From assembly GCA_963845535.1 (NCBI GenBank), contig CAWJSK010000013.1, positions 1 to 64,000 of the forward strand: a stretch of 64,000 bases of DNA, written 5' to 3'. Origin of the DNA: an uncultured Spirochaetota bacterium. Lineage in GTDB: Bacteria > Spirochaetota > Spirochaetia > SZUA-6 > Fen-1364. How positions within the stretch are numbered: the stretch's first letter is position 1; every line of letters begins with the position of its first letter. The notes under the pieces were generated by a model that had not been told where the DNA came from, ran no database searches, and worked only from the letters and a program-made list of their open reading frames with translations. Below are positions 42,175 through 52,884 of the stretch, piece by piece. A program made the translations under genes and the position numbers.

Positions 42175-42657
42175 CTACCGGCCTGACTGACTCTCGATAT
42201 CGCCAATCCAGCCTGGAATGTCGAACCTCTCCGGCAATGGGCCAACCAAGGTAGCTAGGTTCGTTTCAAGGCTATCAAGCTGCGCCGAGCCGATCTGCTG
42301 CGCCCACGTATCGCGCAACTCATCAAAGGTCGCCTCTCCTTGTCGCAAAACATCGAGACCAAGTGGGGTGACCTGAAGACGTTTGAGGCGGGCGTCGAGC
42401 GGGTCGACATCGCGGTTCACATATCCGCGCTCCTGTAACACTGTTATCGTTTTAGCTGCGGCCTGCTTTGACACCGAGAGGCGGCGTCCCAATTCTGAAG
42501 CGTTGTCCGCACCAGCAGTGATAGCCCGCATAGCAAACTCATGGACGGGACGAAAATCCTTGTAGCCTCGTCGAGCTAACTCGACTGTCGCGGAGTCCAC
42601 CATGGAGCGGAAGCCTCCAATCAGGAGCAGCGCAAGGTTCACGCCAGAATGATTCAT
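42175..42657 (-). CDS. MarR family regulator
   Basis: ASELGRRLSVSKQAAAKTI...GYV...DPLDARLKRLQVTPLG. Confidence 0.9.
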   Translation of the reverse strand: MNHSGVNLALLLIGGFRSMVDSATVELARRGYKDFRPVHEFAMRAITAGADNASELGRRLSVSKQAAAKTITVLQERGYVNRDVDPLDARLKRLQVTPLGLDVLRQGEATFDELRDTWAQQIGSAQLDSLETNLATLVGPLPERFDIPGWIGDIESQSGR

Positions 42658-42687
42658 CCGTCCAGAATAAGTCATAAGGCAAGAATT

Positions 42688-42762
42688 GACAACCCGATTG
42701 ACGAAAGACGTTGACAACGACAACCGAGTTGACTATATTCCAAATAGACAACCTGGTTGCCT
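42688..42762. promoter_or_regulatory. three GACAACC-N-(G/A)NTTG palindromic boxes, probable MarR operators
   Basis: GACAACCCGATTGAC, GACAACCGAGTTGAC and GACAACCTGGTTGCC in the divergent intergenic region. Confidence 0.55.
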
Positions 42763-42806
42763 GTAACACTTAGAGACATGTGAATGTCAGCTCAAGGAGA
42801 AGCAGA

Positions 42807-43694
42807 ATGAATATCGTATCAACGGGTCTCACTCTACCGGGGATCACGCACCACAGCGAGGAAGTCAACGGAACCAGGCTCCATTATGTCGCGGCAGGTT
42901 CTTCCGGGTCGCCCATTTTGCTGGTGCATGGATTTCCTGAGAGCTGGTGGGCCTTTCATAAGCTCATTCCCATGCTCGCCGAAAGCCATCGCGTCTTCGC
43001 CGTAGACCTGCGCGGTTTCGGAGACTCAGATAACGAATCGGCCGTCTATGACAGCAAGGCTTCGTCGGAGGACTTGCATGCGCTTATTGGAAAACTCAAT
43101 GTTGGCCCGGTCCACGTCACTGGACAGGACATCAGTGGGGGAACGGTCTTCCGACTTGTGACCACGCATCCAGAAGACGTACGCAGCTTTACCGCGATCG
43201 AAATGGGCCTCGCTGGTTTCGGCCTTGAAGGAAAGGCAGATATTGCGCACGGCGGTTCCTGGCATATCGGCGTCCTTTCGGCTCCTGGCATCCCCGAGAT
43301 GCTACTCACGGGCCGGGAGCGTGAGTTCCTGGGGGACTGGGCTTTTCCAATTATGACCGCCGTGAAGGGCTCCATTACCACCCATGACGTTGCCGAATTC
43401 GTCCGCACCTATTCCCGCCCCAACGGCTGGCGCGGTGCCATCGGACTCTATCAGTCGATGCTACGGGAGGGGGCGGAGCTCAGGGAGCTTGCCAAGTACT
43501 ACCCACAAAGAGTACCCGTGCTGGCGGTCGGTGGCCGTGGAGGAGCTTTCACCGCCGGCACAATGACCCAGGCCATAGGCGCAGGTGTAAGCTCGGTACT
43601 ATTCGAGGGAGTCGGACACTACGTCGCCATGGAGGCCCCTGAAAAGTTGGCGAAGGCTGTTCTCAATTTTGTCGCTGGAGTCGACGCCCCTTAA
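42807..43694 (+). CDS. alpha/beta hydrolase, epoxide hydrolase-like
   Basis: [21 protein letters not shown] nucleophile elbow, GHYVAMEAP. Confidence 0.9.
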   Translation: MNIVSTGLTLPGITHHSEEVNGTRLHYVAAGSSGSPILLVHGFPESWWAFHKLIPMLAESHRVFAVDLRGFGDSDNESAVYDSKASSEDLHALIGKLNVGPVHVTGQDISGGTVFRLVTTHPEDVRSFTAIEMGLAGFGLEGKADIAHGGSWHIGVLSAPGIPEMLLTGREREFLGDWAFPIMTAVKGSITTHDVAEFVRTYSRPNGWRGAIGLYQSMLREGAELRELAKYYPQRVPVLAVGGRGGAFTAGTMTQAIGAGVSSVLFEGVGHYVAMEAPEKLAKAVLNFVAGVDAP

Positions 43695-43835
43695 CACTTC
43701 GGTGTCTGAATCTTGAGGTCGCCTGCAGCTACCAATTTCAGTGGCCAAAAGACCAGCTCGTGAATCGCCGCTAAGAGTCAGGCGAGCAGAAAGATCTTGA
43801 AGATCGTCGACCGCTCTCAAGGTCGTAACAAGGTA

Positions 43836-43868
43836 TTGAACGATAACGTCGATAGTGTTATCGTACAA
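43836..43868. promoter_or_regulatory. inverted repeat upstream of the winged-HTH/NTase pair
   Basis: TTGAACGATAAC-N9-GTTATCGTACAA. Confidence 0.55.
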
Positions 43869-43877
43869 AAAGATGTT

Positions 43878-44870
43878 ATGAGGGTAGTCGATTTGAACGG
43901 TCTCCAGGCACGTCTCACGCGGCATTTCCGCGAAGTGCTCTCTATACGTATGGACACGCATAGTTGGCCTCTCGAAACCTCGCTGCCGGCGTTTCTCCGG
44001 GAGAACTATGCATTCTTGCAGGCAAAGGTCCTCGGGGTGCCGTGCCTGTTCCTTGTGGACCGGGCAGTGCACCCGCCAACGCCCGCTGCAATCAGGAAGC
44101 ACATCTTCGAGGTACAGAAGCAATGGCACTGGGAGGTAGTCTACGCGGCCGCGGGAATGGATAGCGCGCGCCGAAAGCAGCTTATCGATCAGAAGGTCCC
44201 TTTCGTAATGCCTGGAAACCAGATCTATCTGCCGATGCTCGGCATTGACCTACGGGAGCATTTCAAGAATGCCCGGGGAGCAGAGGAACGGTTGAGCCCT
44301 GCGGCGCAGGCTGCATTCCTCCACGCCCTGCAGCACCCGGACAAAGGCTTTCTTTCTCCCCAGGAAATGGCTGACTCCTTGGGCTACTCCAGCATGAGCA
44401 TGTCCAGGGCGTTTGACGAGCTGGAGAGTGCCGGCCTCGGTCGTGGTTCCACCGCCGGAAAGCGAAGGCTCATGGAGTTGGCTGGCGCGAAGAGTGATCT
44501 CTGGGAGAGGGCCTTGCCGTTGCTCCGTAGCCCCGTGGCCGAAAGCATGCCAGTGCCCAGGGACCTTTTGGACGGACCGGCAGCGGGGCTCACTGCGTTG
44601 GCGGCTTACACTAGACTCGCTGAGCCGCGCATGCCCGTCATCGCAGTCTCCACCGCAATGTGGCGGCCCATTCGGAACAAGCGCGCGCACGGGCAGATAG
44701 GGGGGACCGATGATCCGTTGGTTGAAGTGGAGGCGTGGATTTATCCACCGAAGGCGGTTGTGGACGGCCCGGTGGTTGACCGCCTCTCACTCTTTTTATC
44801 GCTCAGGGGAACCACGGATGAGCGCGTCGAAACCGCGTTGGGCGAGCTCCTTGCGGGCATGAAATGGTAA
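43878..44870 (+). CDS. winged-HTH protein, AbiEi-like type IV antitoxin
   Basis: VPFVMPGNQIYLP, HTH LGYSSMSMSRAFDEL, AGLTAL, VDRLSLFLSL...DERVE; overlaps the NTase gene. Confidence 0.7.
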   Translation: MRVVDLNGLQARLTRHFREVLSIRMDTHSWPLETSLPAFLRENYAFLQAKVLGVPCLFLVDRAVHPPTPAAIRKHIFEVQKQWHWEVVYAAAGMDSARRKQLIDQKVPFVMPGNQIYLPMLGIDLREHFKNARGAEERLSPAAQAAFLHALQHPDKGFLSPQEMADSLGYSSMSMSRAFDELESAGLGRGSTAGKRRLMELAGAKSDLWERALPLLRSPVAESMPVPRDLLDGPAAGLTALAAYTRLAEPRMPVIAVSTAMWRPIRNKRAHGQIGGTDDPLVEVEAWIYPPKAVVDGPVVDRLSLFLSLRGTTDERVETALGELLAGMKW

Positions 44871-45262
44871 GAGGCCTGGAGCGTTTCCGAGACGCCTTCG
44901 CCGCTCATGCGCATCAGTACGCATTGATCGGCGGGACCGCATGTGACCTCCTGCTGACGCGGGTGGAAGGCGTATCGGTTGTCGTCAAGGCACGCGCTTG
45001 GCTGGACCTCAAGGAACGCGAGGCCGCCGGGGACAGGATCGACAGCAAGGACATCCGCAAGCATCGCAATGACGTCGTCAGGCTCAATCAAATCATCGAT
45101 CCCGCGCCTCTGAGAGAAACACCGCCAGTTGTCGCCGCGGACATCAGAAGGTTTCCCACGATGGTGCGCGGCGAAACCATCGACCTGAAGAGCCTGGGGA
45201 TAGCGCGAACCTCACTTGACGAAGTGCTCACGCAGCTCGGGAATATCTACGGCGTTGAATAG
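44864..45262 (+). pseudogene. nucleotidyltransferase (AbiEii-like), internally deleted
   Basis: LIGGTACDLL joined almost directly to KARAWLDL...KHRNDV; the central RxTxDxD region is absent. Confidence 0.65.
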
Positions 45263-45336
45263 ATAACACATGGCTGCACTTGCAACGCGCTCGGCCCATT
45301 CCCGCCAAGGCATCCGGGCCCGTCCTGCCTGCCTCT

Positions 45337-45372
45337 GCTTGCGGGCACAAGCAGCATGACGGCGAAGCTGTA
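45337..45372 (+). repeat. 36-bp repeat, copy 2
   Basis: 35/36 identical to 35677-35712. Confidence 0.8.
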
Positions 45373-45551
45373 TTCGTACCTGATGCCACGCCGCGGTTCG
45401 GACTCATGGCGCCACCGATCCTGGAAGCGCGAGGACCAAGACACCCGTATTTTATGAACGAGAACGCGAACTGCCGACCAATGACGCTCCCGTCGGATGC
45501 GTGACTTGAATGCTACCAAATATCCTTGGTATAGTGAAAGGGTGATCAGAA

Positions 45552-45731
45552 ATGCCTCTCAGCGGAGAAACAATGCTGCGGCTGTACAGGAAGGCAGGAT
45601 GGATCGTGCTCAAAAGAAGGGGGTCGCACGTGAAGGTCGGCAAAGGGAACCTCAGGGAGACCATTCCGATGCACGAGGAGCTCGGCCGCGGCCTCGAACG
45701 AAAGCTCTTGAAGCGGCTTGAGCAATCATGA
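45552..45731 (+). CDS. hicA: HicA toxin (59 aa, not in the ORF track)
   Basis: MPLSGETMLRLYRKAGWIVLKRRGSHVKVGKGNLRETIPMHEELGRGLERKLLKRLEQS. Confidence 0.85.
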   Translation: MPLSGETMLRLYRKAGWIVLKRRGSHVKVGKGNLRETIPMHEELGRGLERKLLKRLEQS

Positions 45732-45750
45732 GCAGAAGAGGTACTGCGCT

Positions 45751-46206
45751 GTGACATATCATTTCCGGATACATTCAGGGACGCCGTCATGGGCAGAATG
45801 CATCGAGCTTGAAGGATGTATGACCCAGGGACGGAATCGCGCTGAGCTTGAAAAGAACATGCGGGAGGCCTTGAACCTTTACCTGGAGGAACCGGAATCA
45901 TCCAAGGTAGTGTTCCCTCCACCCGCTCGGGCACGCGCGAATCGCAACGTCGTCGGGGTGGAGGTTGATCCTGCGGTGGCGTTCGCCGTACGGATCAGGC
46001 AATCCCGGGTCAGAAACCACTTGACGCAGAGAGAGGCAGCTCGACGGCTCGGCATGCGGAGCATCTATAGCTATCAACGCCTGGAGAGACGCGCAAACCC
46101 CTCGCTTCGCATGATCAAGAAGGTCACCACCTTGTTCCCAGACCTGTCGCTGGATGAGGTGCTCGGAAGAACAGAGCGGCTCCACCAGGTGGGCGGCGAC
46201 AGGTAG
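45751..46206 (+). CDS. hicB: HicB antitoxin with C-terminal XRE HTH
   Basis: WAECIELEGCMTQG...EALNLYL; LTQREAARRLG...YQRLE...NPSL. Confidence 0.88.
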   Translation: MTYHFRIHSGTPSWAECIELEGCMTQGRNRAELEKNMREALNLYLEEPESSKVVFPPPARARANRNVVGVEVDPAVAFAVRIRQSRVRNHLTQREAARRLGMRSIYSYQRLERRANPSLRMIKKVTTLFPDLSLDEVLGRTERLHQVGGDR

Positions 46207-46226
46207 ATCATCACAGCTCTTTTTCT

Positions 46227-46310
46227 CGCTGCTCACCTCCCACGTGAGGGATGCGTAGGGCGCGGCGGGGCGCCGACGAGCGAAGCCCTGAGGCGGTCCA
46301 AGCGAAACGA
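46227..46310 (+). repeat. dispersed structured repeat, copy D (left half)
   Basis: CGCTGCTCACCTCCCACGTGAGGGATGCGTAGGGCG...GCCCTGAGGCGGT. Confidence 0.7.
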
Positions 46311-46346
46311 GTGTTTCGCCGACTGCATGGGCACCATCGTGACGTC

Positions 46347-46421
46347 ACGCCGACTTTATGCCGCTTCTATGGCATAGTGATCCAAATGTGCTACAACGAT
46401 CATGACCCGCCGCACTTCCAC
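46347..46421 (+). pseudogene. DUF4160 family N-terminal remnant
   Basis: TPTLCRFYGIVIQMCYNDHDPPHFH; start appears mutated to ACG. Confidence 0.65.
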
Positions 46422-46751
46422 GATAGGAGAAAGGACCGTGCCGTCTCATAAGGGGGTGTTCTTTGGTTCCTGACCCCCTCCGGCACGCCGTCCGACAAAA
46501 GTGGGGCGCGGATGACTATCGCAAGCGGCGCGGCTTTGCCATCCGTGTCTTTCTATGTGACGCTTGACCTGGAAGTCAATATGACCGCGGCAGTCATCTG
46601 GCAGTCATCTGACACGGTGGCGTGCCCCAATCTTGCCGTATTCCTCTCCTGGTGAGCCAAGTTGAAGAAGTGGTCGAATTTTTACAAGACGACTCCTCCG
46701 AGGCTCCGCTATTTTCGATCCTGGAATCAATGCGAGGAGCAAAAGGAGTCA

Positions 46752-47751
46752 ATGATGAGAATAGTTCGCTTCCATGAGTTCGGCGGACCGGAGGTTCTGA
46801 AGTTCGAGGAGGTTGCGACACCGGATCCGAAGGATGGCGAAGTCCTGATCAGGACCGAGGCCATTGGAGTCAACTTTACGGATATCGCCCGACGGAAAAA
46901 CTCCGCGACACTGCGTGAGAGGTTGGCACTTCCCTACACTCCAGGAGTCGAGGCGGTTGGCACCGTGGTCGGAACCGGCGCTGGTTCCGCTCCGGTTTCT
47001 ATCGGAACAAAGGTGATTGCGATCGTCCAGGACGGAGCCTATTCAGAGTATCTGACTGTTCCCGCCGCTAGGGCCATACCCGGTCCCACCCGGACTCGAT
47101 TCGGCGCAGGCGGTAGCTCTGCCGGTGCAGGGGCTCACGGCCTACCTCGTGCTCGCGACCTTCGGCCGCCTTCAACCGGGTGAGCGCGTGCTGATTCAAG
47201 CGGCTGCAGGAGGGGTCGGTTCCATGGCAGTTCAACTCGCAAAGATTCTTGGAGCGGGACAGGTCATCGCCGCAGCCGGAACGTCGGCAAAGTTGGACCT
47301 TGCGCGCTCCCTGGGAGCTGACGCTGGAGTGAACTACGGAGAGTCGGGATGGATAGAGCAGGTCCTGAAAGTGACCGGAGGAAAGGGAGTCGACCTGGCA
47401 CTCGACATGTTGGGGGGATCGAGATTCTCGGAGACCTTTGCGTATTTGGCCCCGTTCGGACGCATCGTGACCTACGGTGCCGCGGCCGGCGAGCGGGCAG
47501 CCATTGACCCGGAGAAGCTGACCTCTCGCTGTCACAGCGTCATCGGATTCTATTCGGGGCATGTCGTTGGAACGCACCCCGAGCTTGTGTTCCCTGCCCT
47601 GACGAAGCTCTTTCAGCTCGCGACAACCGGAAGCCTGAGGCCGCAGGTCCACCACCGCTTCCCTCTGGAAGCCGCGTCGGAAGCTCATCGGCTGATGGAA
47701 ACCCGGCGAACGACCGGCAAGGTTGTTCTTTTCCCCGCTGGAGGGCAGTAA
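46752..47751 (+). CDS. NADPH:quinone oxidoreductase (MDR family), +1 frameshift at ~47082
   Basis: FGGPEVL, GVNFTD, PGVEAVG; AAAGGVG; GKVVL; joins to 332 aa. Confidence 0.88.
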
Positions 47752-47770
47752 ATTGAGGGGGGAATAGTTC

Positions 47771-48583
47771 ATGGAGCTCACGGTGCTGCAACCCATCCCT
47801 CTGCTCGCCGAGTACATCCACCACTTTTGGGCAATACGGGCTCCCGCTTCTGGACGCCCGCGAAGCGTTCGTCTGCCAGCCGACGCTCGAGGTACTCTCC
47901 TCTTGAGCTTCGCGGGCAATACGCGTTTCAGCGGCGCTGGGAATGGGGTTTACCGTCTGGGCGTCGGCGCCGGCATCCTCGGCGCGCGAGCTCGGGGAAG
48001 CATTCTCGAACACGACGGGAAGACAGAGGTGATAGCAGCTCAATTTCGGCCCGGGGGAATGGCGGCGTTTTTCGATTGCAATATCCGGGAGCTCTACGGC
48101 GTCACAACGCCGTTGGAAGCGCTCTGGGGCAGGCAAGCAGATCGGCTGCTCGATCAGGTGGAAGAAGCGCGAACATCCCGAGAAAAGATAGGCGTCTATC
48201 AGGAAGCGCTCAGGGCGCGGGTCAAGGAAGTCCGGGATCGCCGCCGTATCTCGGCGGCGGTAGAGCTGATGGACTCAGCCGACCAGAGCGTCCCGATTGC
48301 CTGGTTTGCATCGCAGGCGTGTTTGACGCAGAAGCACTTTGGACGTCTCTTCGAACGAATCGTGGGAACCACGCCCAAGACCTATCGCCGTCTTGCGCGA
48401 TTTCAAAGAACAGTCACCTGGCTTTCCCGTCATGGAAAGCCCGAGACTTGGACGGCGCTTGCCATTCAATTCAGATACTATGATCACTCGCACATGGTGA
48501 AGGATTTTCAAGCTTTTGCCGGTACCACTCCGCGGGAGTTCGTGGCCGCGACTGCAGGAATCACGGGAGCAGTCTACCCATAG
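47771..48583 (+). CDS. AraC family regulator
   Basis: RLFERIVGTTPK...RF; YYDHSHMVKDFQAFAGTTP. Confidence 0.9.
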   Translation: MELTVLQPIPLLAEYIHHFWAIRAPASGRPRSVRLPADARGTLLLSFAGNTRFSGAGNGVYRLGVGAGILGARARGSILEHDGKTEVIAAQFRPGGMAAFFDCNIRELYGVTTPLEALWGRQADRLLDQVEEARTSREKIGVYQEALRARVKEVRDRRRISAAVELMDSADQSVPIAWFASQACLTQKHFGRLFERIVGTTPKTYRRLARFQRTVTWLSRHGKPETWTALAIQFRYYDHSHMVKDFQAFAGTTPREFVAATAGITGAVYP

Positions 48584-48721
48584 ACTCTCTTTAAGCACGT
48601 CGCCGACAAGGGGACACTTCAAGAAAAGGGAATTTCCTTGCCAGATCAAAAAGTGTGCACCCCCAGGTCGCACTTTCTGCGTTTTCTACAATGCCGTGGG
48701 GGCCCTTATACGATTGTCTAC

Positions 48722-48911
48722 CGCTTCTCACCAACCGCGTGAGGGGGCGCAGCGGAAACGCCCCAGGGCGGTAGCTGGCTGCGAAGCAGCCAGCGAGAGC
48801 CCAGAAGGCGTTGCAGCGGAGCACCCGACCCACACGCCGGGGGAGAGGCCGTGCGCGCACCCTGGAGGCGCAGCACCGGCGAGCACCCAGCCTCTCGTGC
48901 GGGGCACGCCC
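48722..48911 (+). repeat. dispersed structured repeat, copy E
   Basis: GCGTGAGGGGGCGCAGCGGAAACGCC...GCGGAGCACCCGACCC...CGTGCGGGGCACGCCC. Confidence 0.88.
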
Positions 48912-49169
48912 AGCAGGGCTTGCGTGTCGATTTTCCCTTGGTTGTTCGACCACCCAATGGCAGCGCCCAGGAGTCAAGCAGGGTGCATTTGCCGGGTTCT
49001 GGCCGTACGCCGACGGCAGCATCGCGAAACTGTTCAACGACTGCTCGCCGAAGATCTGGTCGATGCGATGAGCATTTTTTTGCCGTCCGCAGACAGCTTC
49101 TTGCCGCCGCCCAGAACCACTGGCACGGTGAGGCAGTCGGGTACACCGCCTCAGTCAGGGGGTAGGCGC

Positions 49170-49800
49170 GGGATCACGTGGCTGGTCTTGGCCCTGCTCG
49201 CAGCGCGGCGCCTTCACCGGGCACGACTGGTCGGGGACAGGGCTGCCTTCCGCCACCAAGTCGTGTTTCTCTTCTGCTACCTTGGGTCGGCTGCCGTCAT
49301 TATGGCGGGCTGGGTCCTGCGCAATGAACGCCTTGACACCATGGGGTGCCTGACAACGGGGATAGTTATCGTATGCTATGCACTGTCGCGAACAGCGCCC
49401 CTTTTCTTCGCTCAGAACCGGCGCTTTCTTCGTTTTGGACGGAAAAAGCCCCCTTGGGACGCGTCAGCCCCGGAGCTCACTGCACGGCTCTCGCGTCTCA
49501 TGGAGCAGGAGGCGCCCTACCGGGACGAGACGCTCACTCTGCATCGGCTTGCGGGCATGCTGGGAGAAGAGTCGAAGCGTCTCTCCTACCATCTGAACGT
49601 GAATCTTTCCAACACGTTTAGGGGCTACATCAACGAGCTTCGCCCGATTGCCGTCTGTGGAGATCTCCTTGGGAACCCGCGCCGCGCCATCCTGGACATC
49701 GCGTTTTCCAACGGCTTCAATTCCAAGAGCAGCTTCAGTGCGCTGTTTGTCAGGAAGTACGGACAGACCTCGAAGGAGTACCGCCAAAAACACCTGGAAC
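49170..49800 (+). pseudogene. membrane-anchored AraC regulator, C-terminal remnant
   Basis: TM segments then YRDETLTL...FRGYINELR...ILDIAFSNGFNSKSSF; no credible start; boundaries approximate. Confidence 0.65.
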
Positions 49801-50013
49801 ACCCAGATGGCACGACGCGGTTGAGCCTCGAGAACCCAAGGGAGGTGCTGACTCCACGACCGGAGTCGGCGGGGGAAGGGGAGAGAAATGTGGCAACCGC
49901 GGCACGGCTGTTCTTCCGCCAGAAGCTACTATATTCTAGGGTAACGAACGTGGTTGCCGTCCCGACGCAGCAAAGGTTTCAATCAGCGGTAGGACATAAG
50001 ATTTGGGCTTGCT

Positions 50014-50826
50014 TTAAAGGTCATTTACCGCCGTCACGATGGCATCGCACACCACGGAGTACAGCCGGGAGGAAAGCTCCTCATACTCTTTCTCAATGCC
50101 GTGATCTGAGCTGCCCCAATCATTCCACGAACCCATTGCACCGAATACCCAGCCGGCGTCCGCGGCTTTCAGCAGCGCTTCGTGTTTTCCATCAAGGTAG
50201 CCGCGCGGGCATACTTCCACGGAGTAGGGGGATGGAGAGGGTTGCCTGCCGTCCAAGATGTCAAGCGCGCTTTGAAAACAGTCGGAGAAGTCCCCATCAC
50301 GATGACGTCTTGAGAAGTCCAGGATCTCCCTGAGCGCAGTTTCCAACTTCTCCCGCGTCTGCAGACCGTCAAGGAAGGAATAGTCGATGGGAGCTGCGGA
50401 ATCAGCGATCCTGCCGTACGAGACCTTCCAGATCTTCTGCTCGGGATCCTCCCGGTTCCCCACTTCCCACTTTGATGCCCACAGATTCGACGTTGATTCT
50501 CTTCTCTCCTCGATGAGCCAGCTTCCGCCTCCTCCGACAAATCCCGAGCTTTGATAGTCCTTGATGAAGCTCTGGTCCTGGCTGTGTTGATAGAGAAGAT
50601 TGAGCCGAGCGCAGCCTTCCGCGCCTCTGGATGACATCCATTCACCCAGCGAGCTTCCAAGCGGTTCCCACGTCTGCTTGAATGATTGCTTTTTTTGAAC
50701 CATGAGAACCACGCTCTCCACGTACCTGAACGTTTCGGTGGCCATGATGTCGACCGGCTCCCCGTGCCGGATTGAGTGATTTGTGTGTGTAACGATTGCA
50801 CAGAGCTGGGCAACTTCGCCGGTCAT
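50014..50826 (-). CDS. conserved hypothetical protein
   Basis: 270-aa ORF with RBS; motifs GFVGGG and WVFGAMGSWND. Confidence 0.7.
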   Translation of the reverse strand: MTGEVAQLCAIVTHTNHSIRHGEPVDIMATETFRYVESVVLMVQKKQSFKQTWEPLGSSLGEWMSSRGAEGCARLNLLYQHSQDQSFIKDYQSSGFVGGGGSWLIEERRESTSNLWASKWEVGNREDPEQKIWKVSYGRIADSAAPIDYSFLDGLQTREKLETALREILDFSRRHRDGDFSDCFQSALDILDGRQPSPSPYSVEVCPRGYLDGKHEALLKAADAGWVFGAMGSWNDWGSSDHGIEKEYEELSSRLYSVVCDAIVTAVNDL

Positions 50827-50917
50827 CAATTTCCCCTTTTTGGTGAGGCGAGTCCTTTGGCCAATTCGACCCACTTGGACGGCTCCCTTTTCGCCTTCAG
50901 GTCCCGGATTTTCAACG

Positions 50918-51706
50918 TCACGGACTTCGTACCGCGTAGCCAGCGTAACTGAGGGCAAGACTGTCGTGTGGAATCAATTTGAGTTTTTCCCCAAGTTGAT
51001 CTGCCGTGATATGCCCCTTTCTGTAGTTTCGAATCAGCCGAAGCGCTTGAAAGCAGCCCGTTCCCACCCGGGACCCTTGCATGTGCATGTTTCGAAGCTT
51101 GCATAGGCCCAGGGAGACCTTCAGTTCTTCCGGTGTTATGAACATCCGCCATACATGAAGGTTTTTCGGAGCAATCCGCGTGAGAACGCAATTCTGCGTG
51201 ATTTCAACGTATATCAAGCGGCTCGCTGCCGTTCTGTTTACCGTGTCGTAGAACAGAAGACCGCCTGGCTTCAAGACGCGGGATACCTCTTTCAAGACCG
51301 CTTTCCAATCAGGAATGTGTTCCAGAACATCGCAACACGCCACTGCGTCAAAGACTGATTCCTTGAATGGCAGGGCTTCCGCGGAGGCAACTCTATAGTC
51401 GATTCTCGGGGTCACCCGGCGCGCGTGCTCACGCGCTGTGGCGATTGAGGCCTTGGACGAATCGATTCCCGTTACGGAAAAGCCGAGTGCAGAGAGTTCC
51501 TCACTGAGCAAGCCGCCTCCGCACCCAACCTCCAGCAAGCTCATCCCGGAAGGTTGAAGCTTGTTTTCAATGATGACGCGCTTGAAATACCCAACGCGCC
51601 ACGGGTTGACCATGCTTCTCAGCAGATTGAAGTATCCGTTTTGACTCCACCAGAGGTGGGAGAAGCTGTCAAAAATCGAGTTGTCAGCAACAGCTCTGCG
51701 TTTCAA
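50918..51706 (-). CDS. ubiG: UbiG-like O-methyltransferase
   Basis: LRSMVNPWR, LEVGCGGGLLSE, CCDVLEH, KPGG, DTVNRT, FITPEEL. Confidence 0.8.
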   Translation of the reverse strand: MKRRAVADNSIFDSFSHLWWSQNGYFNLLRSMVNPWRVGYFKRVIIENKLQPSGMSLLEVGCGGGLLSEELSALGFSVTGIDSSKASIATAREHARRVTPRIDYRVASAEALPFKESVFDAVACCDVLEHIPDWKAVLKEVSRVLKPGGLLFYDTVNRTAASRLIYVEITQNCVLTRIAPKNLHVWRMFITPEELKVSLGLCKLRNMHMQGSRVGTGCFQALRLIRNYRKGHITADQLGEKLKLIPHDSLALSYAGYAVRSP

Positions 51707-51771
51707 TGTGCCCTCGCCGCAGCATACACGTGACTGTGGCCGTGCTCAACCGATTTCTCGGCTTGGCAGAC

Positions 51772-51857
51772 TTGGAGCGCAGCACCCGACCCACACGCTG
51801 GCGGAGAGGCCGTGCGCGCACCCTGGAGGCGCGGGGCGCGCCAGCGGCTGGCACGCC
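51772..51857 (+). repeat. dispersed structured repeat, copy F (partial)
   Basis: TTGGAGCGCAGCACCCGACCCACACGC...GAGGCCGTGCGCGCACCCTGGAGGCGC...GGCACGCC. Confidence 0.8.
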
Positions 51858-51923
51858 TTTGCCAGCCGTATCTTTCTATACATGTCGCTTGACGTGGAAG
51901 CCAATATGACCGAATTTGGTCTC

Positions 51924-52172
51924 ATGAAGACCATGACGATTTCCTACTTCAAGGCGCATATTTCTGAGCAACTCCGAAGGGTTAGGAAAGGAGCCCGAAT
52001 TGTCATCAGTGACCGGGACACACCTATCGCGGAAGTGGTGCCTTACAAGCCCCAGGCGTTGAGCCTGGTCATCCGAGCTCCCCTGGTCACACCGTTCAAG
52101 GCTCCGCGGGCATCTTTTCGGATTGATCATGACCCCCTGGAGTACCTGGAGGAAGAGAGACGGAAGAGATGA
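51924..52172 (+). CDS. Phd/YefM family antitoxin
   Basis: ISYFKAHISEQLRRVRKGARIVISDRDTPIAEVVP. Confidence 0.88.
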   Translation: MKTMTISYFKAHISEQLRRVRKGARIVISDRDTPIAEVVPYKPQALSLVIRAPLVTPFKAPRASFRIDHDPLEYLEEERRKR

Positions 52173-52582
52173 GGGCTTACGTCGATTCGTCCGTAGTCCT
52201 GCAAAGCATCCTCAACGCCGATCCAGTGCTGGACGGCGTGAGCCCTTCTGACTCCCTGGGCTCCAGCGAGCTCCTTGCCATTGAATGTCACAGGGTTCTG
52301 CAGCGAGAAAGAATGGCATCCCATCTGGACGACCAACAGTACGCAGAGTCTGTAAGCCTGCTGGAGACTATTCTCGAACGGCTCTACCTGATCGAAATGG
52401 GACCGGTAGTCAAGCAGCGCGCCGCTGGTCCATTCCCTACCGTGATCGGAACGCTGGACGCAATCCACCTGGCAACCGCGCTGCTCTGGGCAGAAACGCA
52501 GCCAGGCGCCCAGTTGTCGGTTCTCACCCGGGACAGGCAGTTGGCGCTGTGCGCTAGATCCCTTGGCCTTCGCGCTCCCTGA
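52169..52582 (+). CDS. vapC: VapC PIN toxin
   Basis: YVDSSVV, IEC, TLDAIHLATA, LTRDRQL. Confidence 0.9.
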   Translation: MRAYVDSSVVLQSILNADPVLDGVSPSDSLGSSELLAIECHRVLQRERMASHLDDQQYAESVSLLETILERLYLIEMGPVVKQRAAGPFPTVIGTLDAIHLATALLWAETQPGAQLSVLTRDRQLALCARSLGLRAP

Positions 52583-52884
52583 GCAAGGAAATTGTCCTCT
52601 CGGCCGCCTTTCAGATAAGACCGCATTGCAGGATTGGCAGGAGGACTCATTCAGGAGTCGCATGAAGACTGATCTGTGCTGCAACCCTACCGCACAAACC
52701 CCGAAACGTTGTTCGCAACCCAATCACCGAATGTCCACGCAGGTTTTCCCGTGATCTGCTCCACCTACCCCGAATTTTGTGGACACAAGGTTAGGCAGTA
52801 TTTTCGAGGGGTAGCTAAAGGACATGGGTGAACCAAGGGCCCACAGCGCAGAGAAGATGGCGGGAAACTCGATAGGAGCTTTGG

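Noticed and set aside
48516..50333. 605-aa ORF as a real gene
   Set aside because: It reads through repeat E and antisense into the next gene; only the AraC remnant looks protein-like
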